Positions 28,182 through 38,395 are shown, counted from the first letter of the stretch. The stretch is DNA of 64,000 nucleotides from Candidatus Bathyarchaeota archaeon (GCA_963828195.1 CAWHDT010000001.1:32001-96000); one strand, 5' to 3'. Notes: generated by a model from the sequence alone, not told the origin. Numbers and translations are program-made.

Positions 28182-28248
28182 TATTGGTTCTTCCTTTTGC
28201 TTGTGAGTTGTTGTTCCTTGATAAAAAAGTTAATGGTTGATTTTCTGG

Positions 28249-29043
28249 TCAAGATAAACCTAAAACATCAGCCATGCTAAACACCTTAGGCTCATTTTGT
28301 TTGCTTAACCATTCCGCTGCGTAAATAGCCCCTTGAGCAAAAACGTCACGGGAGAAAGCCGTATGCTCAATACGCAGCATCTCGTAGGGTCCTGCAATTA
28401 TCAGGTCGTGAATGCCCGGAACACCTCCGGCTCGTAGAGCAGTTATTTCAAGTTCGCCAGGTTGCCTAGGGCTTATTCCTTCGCGTCCCGAAACGATTTT
28501 TGTGTAACCGCGCGCGTTAGCAACTATTTCGCCTAGTTTTTTTGCAGTTCCGCTTGGCGCATCTTTCTTGCCTGTGTGATGGACTTCGTTTATGCTGAAA
28601 TCGTATCCAGTCGGAAAAGCCTTCAAAGCTTCAGCGAGCTTGAACAGTATGTTGACCCCAACGGAATAGTTTGGTGAGAAAACGGCTGGAACTTTGCCTG
28701 ACATGGCAGCTACTACTTGGCGGTTTTGCTCAACTGTGAAGCCGGTGGTGCCAAGAATTATGCGTTTTCCAAGGTTAGCAACGATGGGTATGTTGATTAC
28801 CTCGGCGGCAGGAACTGTGAAACTGACATAAGTGTCAGCGTGCTCTAAAGCTTCGTTCAATCTGTCGGAACTCAGGATTTGCGTGTCTGAATTGGTAATG
28901 CCTAGTTCTCTCAGGGTTCGCCCTATATTTGGGTTATTTGGAGCTTCAATTGCCCCAACTATCTCATGCCCTTTTGAGGTGGCTTCAGTGATTATGGCGT
29001 TGCCCATTCTTCCTGCGGCGCCTGCAACGCACAGCTTAAGCAT
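28249..29043 (-). CDS. dapB: 4-hydroxy-tetrahydrodipicolinate reductase
   Basis: 'GAAGRMG', 'GTTG', 'EVHHTGKKDAPSGTA'. Confidence 0.96.
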   Translation of the reverse strand: MLKLCVAGAAGRMGNAIITEATSKGHEIVGAIEAPNNPNIGRTLRELGITNSDTQILSSDRLNEALEHADTYVSFTVPAAEVINIPIVANLGKRIILGTTGFTVEQNRQVVAAMSGKVPAVFSPNYSVGVNILFKLAEALKAFPTGYDFSINEVHHTGKKDAPSGTAKKLGEIVANARGYTKIVSGREGISPRQPGELEITALRAGGVPGIHDLIIAGPYEMLRIEHTAFSRDVFAQGAIYAAEWLSKQNEPKVFSMADVLGLS

Positions 29044-30073
29044 AGTAGAGCCCTTCCAAGTACTTCTCGTTGTATAGCCGGTTCTTTAAGTCGACGTTGA
29101 AGTAGTCGGCGATCGGCTGAAGGATTTCTGGGGTGTTCTCATATACTTTCCGGGCGTTCGTAAGCACTACTTCTAAACCGTTTCGAGTCATCTTTCCTAA
29201 TGGTTGCCTGCAGGGACCGGAGGGCATACCCAACACATTCATCAGCGTTTTGTAGGCGAGAGGATTGCGGGCTCTGCATGCTACTGTGCCGTATATGGTT
29301 TGTTCGTGTGTTTTAACGGTGACTATGCTAAAGAGCGGTTGGAGTGCTTGGGCAATGACGCTTGCAGCCTCTTCGTTTCCATCCAGGACATAATGCACCA
29401 TATCCACTACGGCGCTTGGAGCTACGTTAGATATTACTGATATTGCGCCGCTGGCCCTTATGTCGGGCGAAATCATCATAGTATATGTTTTATCGTCGTC
29501 TCCCGAAAGGATGTCAAAGTCGTCACCGCAAAATTGCCTTGTCAACTCCATGTTCTTCAAATCGCCAGTGGCTTCCTTCACGCAGCGGACGTTTGGGTAT
29601 TGCTGATGAAGTATTGCTAAATCTTGCGGGTAAAGCTGAGTTCCCGTCCTTCCCGGGATTATATAGGGGATTACTTGGATTTCAGGGAACTGCCTTGCAA
29701 TTGGTTCAACATATTCCATACGTATCTCTAAGGAGCTCGGTCCGTTATAGTATGGATCCACAAGCAAAACACTTTTTATGCCTAACTGCTGCGCGTGTTC
29801 CGTACCGTCGATGGCTTCCTGGGTTGAGTTGCTTCCTGTCCCAGCTATAGTTAAGACTTTTTCACCTGCGTAATCATGGGTTTTTTCAATTACGTTGTTA
29901 TGTTCATTCCAGTCTAAGGTGGGGCTTTCGCCAGTTGTGCCGACGGCAAGTATACCTTTTACACCTTCTTCTATTTGGAAATCTACCAGTTGACGTAAGC
30001 CTTCGTAATCGACTTGGCGATTACGGGTCATGGGGGTTATTAGCGCAGTGTAACATCCACTAAATTTCACCAT
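29036..30073 (-). CDS. dapA: 4-hydroxy-tetrahydrodipicolinate synthase (with C-terminal extension)
   Basis: 'GTTGESPTL', 'GTGSNST', 'PYYN', 'VKEATG', 'LSGDD'. Confidence 0.93.
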   Translation of the reverse strand: MVKFSGCYTALITPMTRNRQVDYEGLRQLVDFQIEEGVKGILAVGTTGESPTLDWNEHNNVIEKTHDYAGEKVLTIAGTGSNSTQEAIDGTEHAQQLGIKSVLLVDPYYNGPSSLEIRMEYVEPIARQFPEIQVIPYIIPGRTGTQLYPQDLAILHQQYPNVRCVKEATGDLKNMELTRQFCGDDFDILSGDDDKTYTMMISPDIRASGAISVISNVAPSAVVDMVHYVLDGNEEAASVIAQALQPLFSIVTVKTHEQTIYGTVACRARNPLAYKTLMNVLGMPSGPCRQPLGKMTRNGLEVVLTNARKVYENTPEILQPIADYFNVDLKNRLYNEKYLEGLYYA

Positions 30074-30225
30074 TATGATTCCTCATCAGGATAATGAACA
30101 AATCAATAGCACCATATTTAAGCGTTACGTTTTAATTATTTTTTCAACTGAAAACGTAAAATAAATCGATTATAACTCCAGTTTAACCACTTATTTTAAC
30201 ATAAAAGTAAAATAACTAAAAATGT

Positions 30226-30543
30226 TTAACTCTCTAGCGGTTCGATATAATAAGCAGTAAAAACGTCGTCATACCCCGCATAAAGCTCCCGCAGGTAAAC
30301 AAGAGCATCATCAATAACTGCAGCTGAAGGAATAACCAGCTTGTAATTATCGGCCCGCACAACTTCGCCAAGTTTTCCGACTTCCGTTTTAATAATTCTC
30401 ATTCGAAGGACCTTACGACCTGAAAGATAAACTGCAAACTCGCCTCGGTGTGGAGTACCTTTTCTGACGTCAATGGTTTTTTTGCTTGACGTTAACCAGT
30501 CGAATGCTTCTTTTTTTGTTCGGAAGAGGGGCAAACTAGGCAC
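30226..30543 (-). CDS. ASCH/PUA-like domain protein
   Basis: 'FDWLTSSKKTIDVRK' resembles the ASCH GxKxxExR motif. Confidence 0.65.
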   Translation of the reverse strand: MPSLPLFRTKKEAFDWLTSSKKTIDVRKGTPHRGEFAVYLSGRKVLRMRIIKTEVGKLGEVVRADNYKLVIPSAAVIDDALVYLRELYAGYDDVFTAYYIEPLES

Positions 30544-30650
30544 CTAAATTCATGATTAAAACCACTGAAAGATAAGCTTTCAGTTAAAAAGCGAATAACA
30601 AAATTGCTAAAAAATGAAAAATAGGTTGGAAACTCAAAGGACTTGTGGTT

Positions 30651-30848
30651 TTAACCTTTACCTTTTTCTTCTTTACCGAAGTACTTGGTCCACTTTAGTT
30701 TACGTGCATCTCGTTTGAATTGCAGTGAGCTTTTCTTGCATTTGCCAGAATCGTACCATAGAATTGATCCGTCGTTTTTAACGAACATCATGCCTGTGCC
30801 AGCTGGAAAATCGACACCGCAGAATGAACATTTTCTTGTTTTTGGCAT
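30651..30848 (-). CDS. rpl24e: 50S ribosomal protein L24e
   Basis: 'CSFCG...PAGTGMMFVKNDGS...RKLKWT'. Confidence 0.95.
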   Translation of the reverse strand: MPKTRKCSFCGVDFPAGTGMMFVKNDGSILWYDSGKCKKSSLQFKRDARKLKWTKYFGKEEKGKG

Positions 30849-30864
30849 GACAAAGTCTCCTCAA

Positions 30865-31083
30865 TTATCTTGTAATTTTCTTTGCTTCTCGCTCTGTTTC
30901 CCGCAGCATCAAAATATCTTGAACGCGGATGGGTCCTTTAACGTTGCGTGTTATAATTCTGCCTTTGTCTTTTCCTTCTAAGATGCGAACTCGAACCTGT
31001 GTAATTTCGCCGGTGACACCTGTGCGACCTATGACTTGGATAACTTCTGCGGGAATAAGCTCTTCTGCTGCTTCTTTACTCAT
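30865..31083 (-). CDS. rps28e: 30S ribosomal protein S28e
   Basis: '[14 protein letters not shown]...RNVKGP...LRETERE'. Confidence 0.97.
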   Translation of the reverse strand: MSKEAAEELIPAEVIQVIGRTGVTGEITQVRVRILEGKDKGRIITRNVKGPIRVQDILMLRETEREAKKITR

Positions 31084-31463
31084 TACTGAGATCCTCGTTT
31101 AACCTGGTCAATCCGAGTTACGATTTCTTTGATTAATCCTGCGGCTTCCCCTTCTTTGAGAATACAGGCTGCGGCGCATGGAACGTCTATGCCTATGGCG
31201 TTGCCTAGTTTATCTTTGTTTGGAACGAATACGTATGGGATTTTTCTTTCTTCGCAAAGAAGCGGCAGATGCGCCACAACTTCTGGTGGATCAACATCTT
31301 CAGCTATAACGACAAGTTTCGCTATGGATCGTTCAACAGCTTTTGTTGCCTCGTTTGTTCCTTTCCTAACTACGCCTGATTTAGAAGCAATGGTTAGGGC
31401 TTCATAGGCTGCATCTACGATTTCTTTCGGTACTTCATATTTTACATAGAATGGTTTGGACAT
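31083..31463 (-). CDS. rpl7ae: Ribosomal/RNP protein L7Ae
   Basis: '[13 protein letters not shown]...[14 protein letters not shown]'. Confidence 0.97.
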   Translation of the reverse strand: MSKPFYVKYEVPKEIVDAAYEALTIASKSGVVRKGTNEATKAVERSIAKLVVIAEDVDPPEVVAHLPLLCEERKIPYVFVPNKDKLGNAIGIDVPCAAACILKEGEAAGLIKEIVTRIDQVKRGSQ

Positions 31464-31600
31464 ATTAGCCTCACCCTTTTAAGGCACAGTCTTATCCACA
31501 CTTCTTATTTAAGAATCTTTCGACTCTAAAACGTCAGTCTAAATCGTTCAGCTTATAAAGCCTTTAGAAAGCTTTAAATAAAGTACTACGGTCACCTAAC

Positions 31601-31879
31601 ATGTTTCGCGAGAGGGGAATGGCGCGTTTGCAAAAATTGGGTAGAGTGCGGGCGTTAACTCCATCGAAAAACATGATCGTTAAGACTGAAAAAGCTCCTA
31701 AAATTGGCTCAGAAGTTATTGACGAAAACTTGAATGTTGTCGGCAAAGTTTTTGACATTATAGGTCCAGTGTCTACTCCTTATGCGGTGGTTAAACCGAC
31801 TGTCAGAGAACCCGCAAAACTAGTGAATAAACCGGTGTACTTGCTTCTCTCGAAAACACAACGGAGAAAAAATGAATGA
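31601..31879 (+). CDS. gar1: H/ACA RNP subunit Gar1
   Basis: '[14 protein letters not shown]'; conserved position upstream of tfb. Confidence 0.85.
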   Translation: MFRERGMARLQKLGRVRALTPSKNMIVKTEKAPKIGSEVIDENLNVVGKVFDIIGPVSTPYAVVKPTVREPAKLVNKPVYLLLSKTQRRKNE

Positions 31880-32841
31880 TTAGAGACAGCAAGTTACATG
31901 AAGAAACAGATCAATCTACCAAAACAGAACCAGCAAAAATACAATCGTGCCCTGAATGCGGCAGCATACGACTTATGCGCGACTATGAATGCGCGGAAAT
32001 AGTATGCATGGACTGCGGTTTCGTAATAGCAGCCAAAATAACTGATCGAGGACCAGAATGGAGAGCTTTCGATGATGAGCAAAGATCAAAGCGAACCCGA
32101 GTTGGAGCACCCCTAACTTACACAATCCACGACAAGGGTTTATCAACAACGATCGATTGGCATGACCGAGACATTTATGGTAAAAGTCTCTCACCTGGGC
32201 AGAAAGCGCAGGTTTACCGACTTCGCAAATGGCAAAGGCGCATAAGGGTTTCAGACGCCACGGAACGCAACTTGGCATTTGCACTTTCTGAAATAACAAA
32301 GATTTCTAATAATTTGAATCTTCCAAAAAATATTCTGGAAACCGCTTCAGTAATTTACCGAAAGGCAGTAAAAGAACGCCTAATTCGAGGAAGATCAATT
32401 CAGGGAGTTACTTCAGCAGCGCTTTACTTAGCTTGCAGACAATGCGCGTTACCGCGAACTTTAGACGAAATTGCTCAGGCTTCAAGTGTAAACAAGAAAG
32501 AAGTCGGCAGAAGCTACCGTTTCCTAATCAGAGAACTTAACTATTCAATTCCACCACTTAGACCCAGCCAGTACATAACAAAGTTTTCTAATCAACTAAC
32601 AATGCAGGGAAAAGTTGAAGAAATCGCCCACAAAATCTTAGCTGCAGCAAAAGAACTTAAACTCACATCAGGCAGAGGACCAACCGGAATTGCGGCGGCA
32701 GCAAGTTACGTCGCGTCTGTTTTGACTGGTGAACGGAAAACTCAGAGGGAAATCGCTGAAATTGCACAGGTGACAGAGGTTACCATTCGTAACAGATACA
32801 AGGAGCTCGTTGAACGGTTAATGTTCGAAATAAGCATCTAA
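31876..32841 (+). CDS. tfb: Transcription initiation factor IIB
   Basis: Zn ribbon 'CPECG...CMDCG', 'GPEWRAF', two cyclin repeats, '[13 protein letters not shown]'. Confidence 0.98.
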   Translation: MIRDSKLHEETDQSTKTEPAKIQSCPECGSIRLMRDYECAEIVCMDCGFVIAAKITDRGPEWRAFDDEQRSKRTRVGAPLTYTIHDKGLSTTIDWHDRDIYGKSLSPGQKAQVYRLRKWQRRIRVSDATERNLAFALSEITKISNNLNLPKNILETASVIYRKAVKERLIRGRSIQGVTSAALYLACRQCALPRTLDEIAQASSVNKKEVGRSYRFLIRELNYSIPPLRPSQYITKFSNQLTMQGKVEEIAHKILAAAKELKLTSGRGPTGIAAAASYVASVLTGERKTQREIAEIAQVTEVTIRNRYKELVERLMFEISI

Positions 32842-32875
32842 AAGCTGCCTTTGTTTATTTTTAATTTCAAGCAAA

Positions 32876-33163
32876 GTGTTTAAAGAGATGGCTAAGTCCT
32901 CCAAAAAAACTCCCGAAGAGCCAAAAATAAAAGAGTTAATTGTAAAACTTAAGGAAATACAGCTAGGGCTCAAACAAAATTTGGTTGATCTGCAGCAGAA
33001 AATAGAAACGCTTGATTCAGAGCCTGAATTGTTGACTAGCTTGGAGAACGCCAAAAAAGACGCAGAATCAAAAGCCATCGACCTTGAAGCTGAAGTAAAG
33101 CAGCTTCGAGAAGAGCTTAAAGCCATTAAAGATTTGTTAGGCTTAAACAGGGAGAAGAAATAA
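32876..33163 (+). CDS. Small coiled-coil hypothetical protein
   Basis: Heptad-rich Leu/Glu/Lys sequence. Confidence 0.65.
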   Translation: MFKEMAKSSKKTPEEPKIKELIVKLKEIQLGLKQNLVDLQQKIETLDSEPELLTSLENAKKDAESKAIDLEAEVKQLREELKAIKDLLGLNREKK

Positions 33164-33226
33164 GACTGTTAATTTATACAAAGACACAGCTATTTTTTTA
33201 AGCATCATGCCCGCTTAACTAAGTAT

Positions 33227-33841
33227 ATGCCCTATAAATTTACTTTCGACCTGTCAAAGGTCCCGCTTTTCTTCTTCACCGAAATCGCGACAGTGAGTTA
33301 CCAAAAGGGCATGCATAAAACAGTAATTAAAAAATTACAAGAAATTATTTTAAGGTTCAGAATACAAGAAGCCACAGGATTGAACCTGTCTGATTCGTTA
33401 GTTTTACTTCAAGACCTAATTGATTTGCAAGCAGTAAACATGATAGAGCGGGGCAAATTCTTGCAGACCAAGAAAAGAGCCCTCTTTCTTTCTCACTGCA
33501 CAAGAAAGTACTTGGATGGACGCTGCAAAGCAGTTTTTAACTCAGATATTCCATCCTACTCCTGCGTTCACTGCTCAAAAGACTGCTTAGTCAGCCAGTC
33601 CGACTACTTAGCTAAAGAAAAAGGGTATGACGTTTATGTGGTTCCAGGCGGCTCATGCATACCGAAAATCCTAAAGAGCACAAATTACGAAGGCGTCGTG
33701 GGAATTGCATGCGGAGAAGAAATGCGAATGCTGGAGCCGTTTCTGAACAGTTTAAACGTAGCCGGACAAGCCATACCGCTGCTAAAGAACGGCTGCGCAA
33801 ACACCGTTTTCAACATGGAGACCCTAGAGAAAACACTATAG
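33227..33841 (+). CDS. DUF116 family Cys-rich protein, copy 1
   Basis: 'LFLSHC', 'CVHCSKDC', 'YVVPGGSC', 'GIAC', 'PLLKNGC'. Confidence 0.8.
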   Translation: MPYKFTFDLSKVPLFFFTEIATVSYQKGMHKTVIKKLQEIILRFRIQEATGLNLSDSLVLLQDLIDLQAVNMIERGKFLQTKKRALFLSHCTRKYLDGRCKAVFNSDIPSYSCVHCSKDCLVSQSDYLAKEKGYDVYVVPGGSCIPKILKSTNYEGVVGIACGEEMRMLEPFLNSLNVAGQAIPLLKNGCANTVFNMETLEKTL

Positions 33842-33929
33842 CACGCTTTGACTGCTAAAACGAAACCGCTTTTCATTATGCAGCCTGAGAGATATTCTTT
33901 TTAAGTTTGGTTCTTTATTCACTTGATTT

Positions 33930-34544
33930 ATGCCCTATAAGTTTACTTTCGACATTTCAAAAGCTCCGCAACATTTTTTCATAGAACTCGCCGTAATCGG
34001 CAACCAAATGGGCATGCAGAAGGTTTTTGAGAAAACCCTACAGGAATCAATCAAAAAATTCAGAATCCAAGAAATTACAGGACTCAACATAGAAGATACA
34101 GCGGTACTGATTCAAGATCTTCTCAAGATGCAAACTTTGAATTTAATACAGAAGCAGGAATTTCTGCATACCAAAAAAAGAGCTCTGTTCCTCCCTCATT
34201 GTAGCAGGAAATACATGGATAGTCGATGCCAAGCCGTTTTTGATACGGACTTGACTTCTTATGTTTGTGCTCACTGCTCACCCGACTGTTTGGTCAACAG
34301 AACGGAACGTATTGCCAAGGAAAAAGGGTACGACGTTTACGTTTTATCTGGAGGTTCTTGTGTGCCTAATATTTTGAAACACAAGAAGTATGAAGGTGTC
34401 GTTGGGGTCGCTTGCGGTCCAGAAGTGGTTATGTCTGGCGAAAAGTTAAGCAGTATGGGGTTAGCTTGGCAATCAGTTCCTTTGCTAAAGAACGGCTGCG
34501 CAAACACCGTTTTCAACTTGGAAACCCTAGTAAAAATCCTTTAA
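33930..34544 (+). CDS. DUF116 family Cys-rich protein, copy 2
   Basis: Same length (204 aa) and Cys pattern as copy 1. Confidence 0.8.
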   Translation: MPYKFTFDISKAPQHFFIELAVIGNQMGMQKVFEKTLQESIKKFRIQEITGLNIEDTAVLIQDLLKMQTLNLIQKQEFLHTKKRALFLPHCSRKYMDSRCQAVFDTDLTSYVCAHCSPDCLVNRTERIAKEKGYDVYVLSGGSCVPNILKHKKYEGVVGVACGPEVVMSGEKLSSMGLAWQSVPLLKNGCANTVFNLETLVKIL

Positions 34545-34629
34545 CCAAGGAACAGGCTGCTTAAGTGAAAAGCTCGGCTCGGCAAAGCCTTATAATTTTA
34601 ACCAACCCAAAATAGTAGATTGATGTAAA

Positions 34630-34812
34630 TTGAAAAAAGCAAAAACCAAAAAATATTAGAGGACAGGCGAAAAATGCCCAGAGTCTGGCTTATACTCGCA
34701 TTTCTGCAAAGAGAAAGGTGAGAAGTCAAGGATTCCTTTGTCAAAAACGGAGACTTTTCCGCCGTGCAGAACCTGCGGTTCAGTTAGATGGACATTAGCG
34801 GTAGCAGCATAA
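34630..34812 (+). pseudogene. YjzC-like small zinc-ribbon gene interrupted by an in-frame TAG
   Basis: TTG 34630: LKKAKTKKY*RTGEKCPESGLY...IPLSKTETFPPCRTCGSVRWTL; TAG at 34657-34659. Confidence 0.6.
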
Positions 34813-34985
34813 CTGACCTAAGCCGTGCGCGGTCTTACTAATTTCGGTAAAACAGCTAAACCACCATAAAAAACCTTCATTCTTACAATGGAGAAAATTT
34901 TTCTGAAAATAGGCTACCCTGCAATTTTTCTATTAATTAAAGAAGGACTGTTGATTAGAAAATGAAATGAGGAGAAGAAAACAGC

Positions 34986-35147
34986 TTACTTTACTATTTC
35001 TCGTTTCTTCCAGCGCAGGTTTTTGCCTTTGCATTTTCTGCATTTTACTGCAGTTTCAGCATTTCGTGCGCCGCAGTCTCTGCAGATCTTCATGTATAAC
35101 CTATGCTTCTGCGCAATTGCCTTCTTAACTGGGTCTAATATTGGCAT
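34986..35147 (-). CDS. rpl40e: 50S ribosomal protein L40e (not in ORF track)
   Basis: MPILDPVKKAIAQKHRLYMKICRDCGARNAETAVKCRKCKGKNLRWKKREIVK. Confidence 0.95.
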   Translation of the reverse strand: MPILDPVKKAIAQKHRLYMKICRDCGARNAETAVKCRKCKGKNLRWKKREIVK

Positions 35148-35243
35148 TTTATTGTTAACCGTCCATTTTGGCTAAGTCTTTGATGGTTAAGTATCAAATA
35201 TACCTTTTGTCTTAACTTTGCAGTTTACAGGAAAACCCAATCG

Positions 35244-36116
35244 TTAAGACTGAAGCGCTTCCATTGACATTGCCACATCGCCAGGTTTCTCAGCCACCGT
35301 GACTCCCGCGTCTGTTAATGCTTCAATTTTGCTCTGCGCAGTTCCCTGCTTGCCCATTATTATGGCTCCCGCGTGACCCATCCGTTTGCCAACTGGAGCA
35401 AAACGACCAGCCACATAGGCTACAATCGGCTTGGGATAACGTTGACGAGTTATGTACTCTGCTGTTAGCTCTTCCATGTTGCCACCAATTTCGCCAATCA
35501 AAACAACAGCCTTAGTTCTTGCATCTGTTTTGAATAATTCTAGGGCTTCAATAAAATTTAACCCGACAACGGGGTCGCCGCCGATGCCAACGCAGGTGGA
35601 TTGACCTAAACCTTTGGCTGTGAGCCCGGCGGCTATTTCATAGGTTAAAGTTCCGCTTCTGGAAGCCACCCCAATGCTGCCCGGCGCGAAGACGTCGGCA
35701 GGCATTATTCCAAGTTTGCACACTGTCGGCGTTATGATTCCAGGGGTGTTTGGACCAATAATAGTGACCTGCGATCGGTTTGCGTAACCCATTACATTTA
35801 TCGCATCTTGTATTGGCAAATGCTCAGTAACCACTACGATTGTCTGGATTTTGTTAACGATGGCTTCCAAAACAGCGTCCTGGGCAAATGGTGCTGGGAC
35901 AAAAATTATTGAAGCGTTAGGCGAATATGCTTCGACGGTTTCTTTTACAGTGTCATAAACTGGCACTCCATTGGGTGATGTTCCTCCTTTGCCTGGAACC
36001 ACACCCGCCACTATTTTGGTTCCATAATCAAGCATTAATTTAGTGTGGTAACTGCCCTGCTTTCCAGTTACGCCCTGGACAATTGCTTTTGTGTCAGCAT
36101 TGATTAATATGCCCAT
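35244..36116 (-). CDS. sucD: Succinyl-CoA synthetase alpha subunit
   Basis: 'VQGVTGKQG', 'IGPNTPG', 'SRSGTLTYE', 'RMGHAGA'. Confidence 0.93.
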   Translation of the reverse strand: MGILINADTKAIVQGVTGKQGSYHTKLMLDYGTKIVAGVVPGKGGTSPNGVPVYDTVKETVEAYSPNASIIFVPAPFAQDAVLEAIVNKIQTIVVVTEHLPIQDAINVMGYANRSQVTIIGPNTPGIITPTVCKLGIMPADVFAPGSIGVASRSGTLTYEIAAGLTAKGLGQSTCVGIGGDPVVGLNFIEALELFKTDARTKAVVLIGEIGGNMEELTAEYITRQRYPKPIVAYVAGRFAPVGKRMGHAGAIIMGKQGTAQSKIEALTDAGVTVAEKPGDVAMSMEALQS

Positions 36117-37255
36117 CAGGCTTGCGCTCCCCTTGCAATGGTAACGGCTTGTTTTGCGGCTGCTTCCATGCTGTCTAAAACTTTTATGCCTGCGTTAGCG
36201 AGAATTTTTTGGCCTTCCTGCTGGTTTGTGCCAACAAGCCTAACAACCAACGGTTTTTTAACTTTAGCCTCGTTTGCCGCCTCAACAATGCCTCGTGCAA
36301 CATCATCGCAGTGGGTTATCCCCCCAAGGACATTAACTAACACGACTTTAGAGGCGGGTTCAGCTAAAACAATCTGCAAAGCTGCCGCGATGGCTTCCAC
36401 GTTTGCTCCGCCACCTAAATCCAAAAAGTCTGCGGGTTTGCCGCCAAAGAAATTCAGCAAATCAAGCGTAGCCATAACCAAACCGGCGCCGTTACCGACC
36501 AAGCCTATGTCGCCGTCAAGTTTAACGTAAGCCAAATTATTCTTTAAAGCCAAAACATCCTCCTTCGAGAGCGCTTGGGTTTCTTTCGCCGCGTACTCTG
36601 GATGCCTGAACAGGGCGTTATCGTCAATCACCATTCGACCGTCCAGAGCAACAAAGTCACCTGATTGGGTCTCGGCTAATGGGTTAATTTCCACTAATTC
36701 AGCGTCGTTATCGACGCAAACTCTGTACAACTTTTGGATTGTGGCTGATAATTTTACGAGTTCACCGCTACTGTAACCTAGCTGTTTTGCTATTGCCAAC
36801 CCGTGGAAAGAACGTATACCCAACTGAGAATCAACCAGAGTCCGGATAATTGCTTTGGGCGCTTCAGTGGCTATTTCCTCGATTTCTTCTCCGCCTTTTT
36901 CCGAGGCTATTGCGACGTAACTTCGGTTGAAGCGGTCAATTGTGAAGCCCAAATATAATTCCTTGCGGGTTTGAATTTTTTCTTCTATTAGCACCTGGTT
37001 AACTGGCAAACCCCTTATTTGTGCCCCAAGAAGTTTAACGACGTCTTCTTCAGCTTCTTTTGCAGTTTGGGCAAACAGGATTCCGCCTGCTTTTCCCCGT
37101 CCACCAACTAAAACCTGCGCTTTCACCATGTAAGGCGGCTTAAGAGTAGCAATTGCTTCGCTTGTTTGGGCGGGGTCGCTAATTAATGAACCATTTGGAA
37201 TGGAAATACTGTGCTTTGAGAACTCTTGTTTTGCTTCGTACTCAAATAAATTCAA
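36116..37255 (-). CDS. sucC: Succinyl-CoA synthetase beta subunit
   Basis: 'KAQVLVGGRGKAGG', 'EINPL', 'DDNALFRH', 'GNGAGLVMATLD', 'GGITHCD'. Confidence 0.93.
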   Translation of the reverse strand: MNLFEYEAKQEFSKHSISIPNGSLISDPAQTSEAIATLKPPYMVKAQVLVGGRGKAGGILFAQTAKEAEEDVVKLLGAQIRGLPVNQVLIEEKIQTRKELYLGFTIDRFNRSYVAIASEKGGEEIEEIATEAPKAIIRTLVDSQLGIRSFHGLAIAKQLGYSSGELVKLSATIQKLYRVCVDNDAELVEINPLAETQSGDFVALDGRMVIDDNALFRHPEYAAKETQALSKEDVLALKNNLAYVKLDGDIGLVGNGAGLVMATLDLLNFFGGKPADFLDLGGGANVEAIAAALQIVLAEPASKVVLVNVLGGITHCDDVARGIVEAANEAKVKKPLVVRLVGTNQQEGQKILANAGIKVLDSMEAAAKQAVTIARGAQA

Positions 37256-37263
37256 AACTTTCC

Positions 37264-37731
37264 CTATTTAATTTCCTCAATCGTGACATAAGAACGTGTG
37301 TCTTCGATTCCGTCTATTCCATAGAGTTTCTTTAAAACTTCATCCAAGTTATCTCGCTCAACAATTATCAATGCATCGACTTCCCCGGCTATGCGGAAGG
37401 CTCTTGAGACTGCAAGCTCGCGAATTTGGTCATAAACGTGTATTCGCTTAATTGGTGAAACCTTAAGCAGAATAAAAGCTGGAGTAGTGGATACTCCTAG
37501 AGCGTTCAATCCTTTATCGGTAACATCTATGAAGCCTCTGCCAGTTCGGATGTAGCCTCGGTTTTTTAGTTTGCGCAAGTGCACATTCAAAGCTTGTCTG
37601 CTTACGCCCAATTGGCTTGATAATTCGTCTTGCTTAACCCTAAGAGTATAGGTGTTTGTGGATTTCCCTTTCTCATAGAGTGTTTTTAAGAGTTGGATTG
37701 AACGTTTAGTTAATGGTTCCAAATTAATCAC
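37264..37731 (-). CDS. Lrp/AsnC-type transcriptional regulator
   Basis: HTH 'QDELSSQLGVSRQALNVHLRKL' plus RAM-like C-terminal domain; first gene of the sucCD operon. Confidence 0.8.
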   Translation of the reverse strand: MINLEPLTKRSIQLLKTLYEKGKSTNTYTLRVKQDELSSQLGVSRQALNVHLRKLKNRGYIRTGRGFIDVTDKGLNALGVSTTPAFILLKVSPIKRIHVYDQIRELAVSRAFRIAGEVDALIIVERDNLDEVLKKLYGIDGIEDTRSYVTIEEIK

Positions 37732-38089
37732 TTATGTGATGTTTGTTAAGTTAAACGTTTACAATGATGAGGTTGCTTAAGAATTTGGTGTTACAAACCC
37801 GTCGAAAACACGACGCAATCCATCAAAAAATTGCTTCCTCTTACAATTCAGGGCTTTTTTATTATCAAGATTCTCAATTGGCTTCTTAAAAGGCGGCTAT
37901 TGACTTTTTGCGTGCAGAGTAGAGCTTGTATTTTTAAGCAGATCTGGCGCTATATAAATAGAAACAGCAAATGATGCAACCAACTTGCATATTTCAGATA
38001 GAACATTAAACATTTACCACAATGTATTTATTTTCAGAAAAAGCTTTACTGAAGCCACTTAAAAAGTAAACTAGGAGTGAAGCGAAGAC

Positions 38090-38371
38090 GTGACTGAGGC
38101 TAGCGCTGTCTTAATCGGGAAAAAACCAGTAATGAACTATGTACTCGCATGCATCACTTTCTTTCATGGCGGAGCAAAAGAAGTAAGCATAAAGGCACGG
38201 GGAAGATCCATCAGCCGAGCAATAGATGTGGCTGAAGTTGTCAGGCACAGGTTCCTCCCAGACGCAAAAATCAAAAACATAAGCATCGGAACCGACAAAC
38301 TATTGCCACAAGACGAAGACGACTCAGCAACTGTTAACGTGAGCACAATTGAAATAACGTTAATAAGATGA
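38090..38371 (+). CDS. albA: DNA/RNA-binding protein Alba
   Basis: '[12 protein letters not shown]', '[16 protein letters not shown]', 'VSTIEI'. Confidence 0.96.
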   Translation: MTEASAVLIGKKPVMNYVLACITFFHGGAKEVSIKARGRSISRAIDVAEVVRHRFLPDAKIKNISIGTDKLLPQDEDDSATVNVSTIEITLIR

Positions 38372-38395
38372 ATCATGCATTAGCCAAACTCCTAT

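Noticed and set aside
30074-30225. Lysine riboswitch upstream of dapA
   Set aside because: A TATA-like box lies about 45 nt from the start, leaving no room; the sequence is AT-rich and unstructured
31464-31500. K-turn autoregulatory element in the rpl7ae leader
   Set aside because: Only a weak GCCT/AGGC stem around the RBS; tandem GA/AG pairs could not be identified
34657-34659. Genome-wide TAG reassignment (pyrrolysine code)
   Set aside because: TAG ends conserved proteins at their normal C-termini in this window (RtcB, AspRS, Mtd)
37752-37761. TAAACGTTTA palindrome as an Lrp operator
   Set aside because: Near-identical AAACGTTT(T)A boxes precede unrelated genes (rtcB, MBL hydrolase) and fit a generic BRE/TATA
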